This document shows positions 54,824-55,380 of a DNA stretch of 55,380 nt, piece by piece (the first letter of the stretch is position 1; each line of letters begins with the position of its first letter). The DNA comes from a virus. Taxonomy: Duplodnaviria; Caudoviricetes. The stretch lies in IMG/VR virus record IMGVR_UViG_3300048556_000227, positions 1-55,380 of that record; one strand, 5' to 3'. The translations under genes were made by a program, and so were the position numbers. The notes below the pieces were generated by a model that was given only the letters and a program-made list of their open reading frames with translations, did not search any database and was not told where the DNA came from.

Positions 54824-55066
54824 ATGAGCTTCAATCTTAAAGCCAGAGCACTGGCACTAAAGACCAAGTACGTAACCGACGCCAACATCGCCAAGGTCAA
54901 AGACGCCTCCGACAAGGCTGTTCAATACGCCAAGGACAATCCCTCCGACATCATGGTGGGTCTCATCACCCTCATGGTCATGGACATGGACGATTCAATC
55001 GACGCTATCGAGCAATCGACTGACATCTCTGCATTCGTAGACGCCGACGCGTACTACCGACGCTAA
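54824..55066 (+). CDS. Hypothetical early protein
   Basis: GGGGG RBS; followed by a terminator. Confidence 0.7.
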   Translation: MSFNLKARALALKTKYVTDANIAKVKDASDKAVQYAKDNPSDIMVGLITLMVMDMDDSIDAIEQSTDISAFVDADAYYRR

Positions 55067-55068
55067 CC

Positions 55069-55094
55069 AAGGGGCCTTCGGGCCTCTTTCCTTT
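55069..55094 (+). terminator. Rho-independent terminator
   Basis: AAGGGGCC-TTCG-GGCCTCTT followed by TCCTTT. Confidence 0.75.
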
Positions 55095-55182
55095 AACCTA
55101 GCTGGCCAACGACGTGCCACTTCTCCTGTGACAACGGCGTCGTGCCCCCCGTGCAAGTGTGTGCCATGTGTGCCACGTGCGT

Positions 55183-55380
55183 GCCACTTGCGTGCCAGCT
55201 GGATTTCGCCAAGTGGCACACACCTAAGCCCTTGATCTTACACAGGTTTCCCTTCAAAAAGCGCATTTGCGTGCCATGTGTGCCACCTAAAACAGACCTT
55301 GTTTTTTTTATTTCTTCTTTTCACGTTTTTCTTTTTTTTTCTACTAACCCAATTTTAAGTGGCACACATGGCACACATTT
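55183..55380. repeat. Right copy of direct terminal repeat
   Basis: Matches 1-199 with one T deletion. Confidence 0.95.

Overview
The window looks like a complete ~55.2 kb temperate tailed-phage genome, bounded by a ~199-bp direct terminal repeat (1-199 / 55183-55380). The + arm (~0.35-17.6 kb, plus two genes at 54.6-55.1 kb) holds small early genes, a replication module (family A DNA polymerase, primase/SF3 helicase, PD-(D/E)XK nuclease, SNF2 helicase, putative SSB, VRR-NUC-like nuclease), an HTH regulator and an excisionase-like gene. A tyrosine integrase and a tRNA-Ser-type attP lie at the junction of the arms. The - arm (18.9-54.4 kb) is a podovirus-like virion module: terminases, portal, scaffold, N4-gp56-like capsid, adaptors, large ejection proteins, holin/M15 endolysin and four paralogous tail fibres. 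The standout is an early-region operon (2922-5807) that appears to encode a full ubiquitin-like conjugation pathway: a Ubl ending ...AKGN, a hidden 56-aa ORF, an E1/ThiF enzyme, a JAB isopeptidase and an E2-like protein, the last four linked by ATGA overlaps. Other signals absent from the ORF track: a CsrA-like gene, a 17-bp palindrome TAGTAS-N5-STACTA found at least 14 times and often overlapping promoters, a symmetric iteron array at the genome ends, identical junction sequences between tail-fibre cassettes, and several structured intergenic RNA candidates. All family assignments come from motif recognition by eye; no database search was run.
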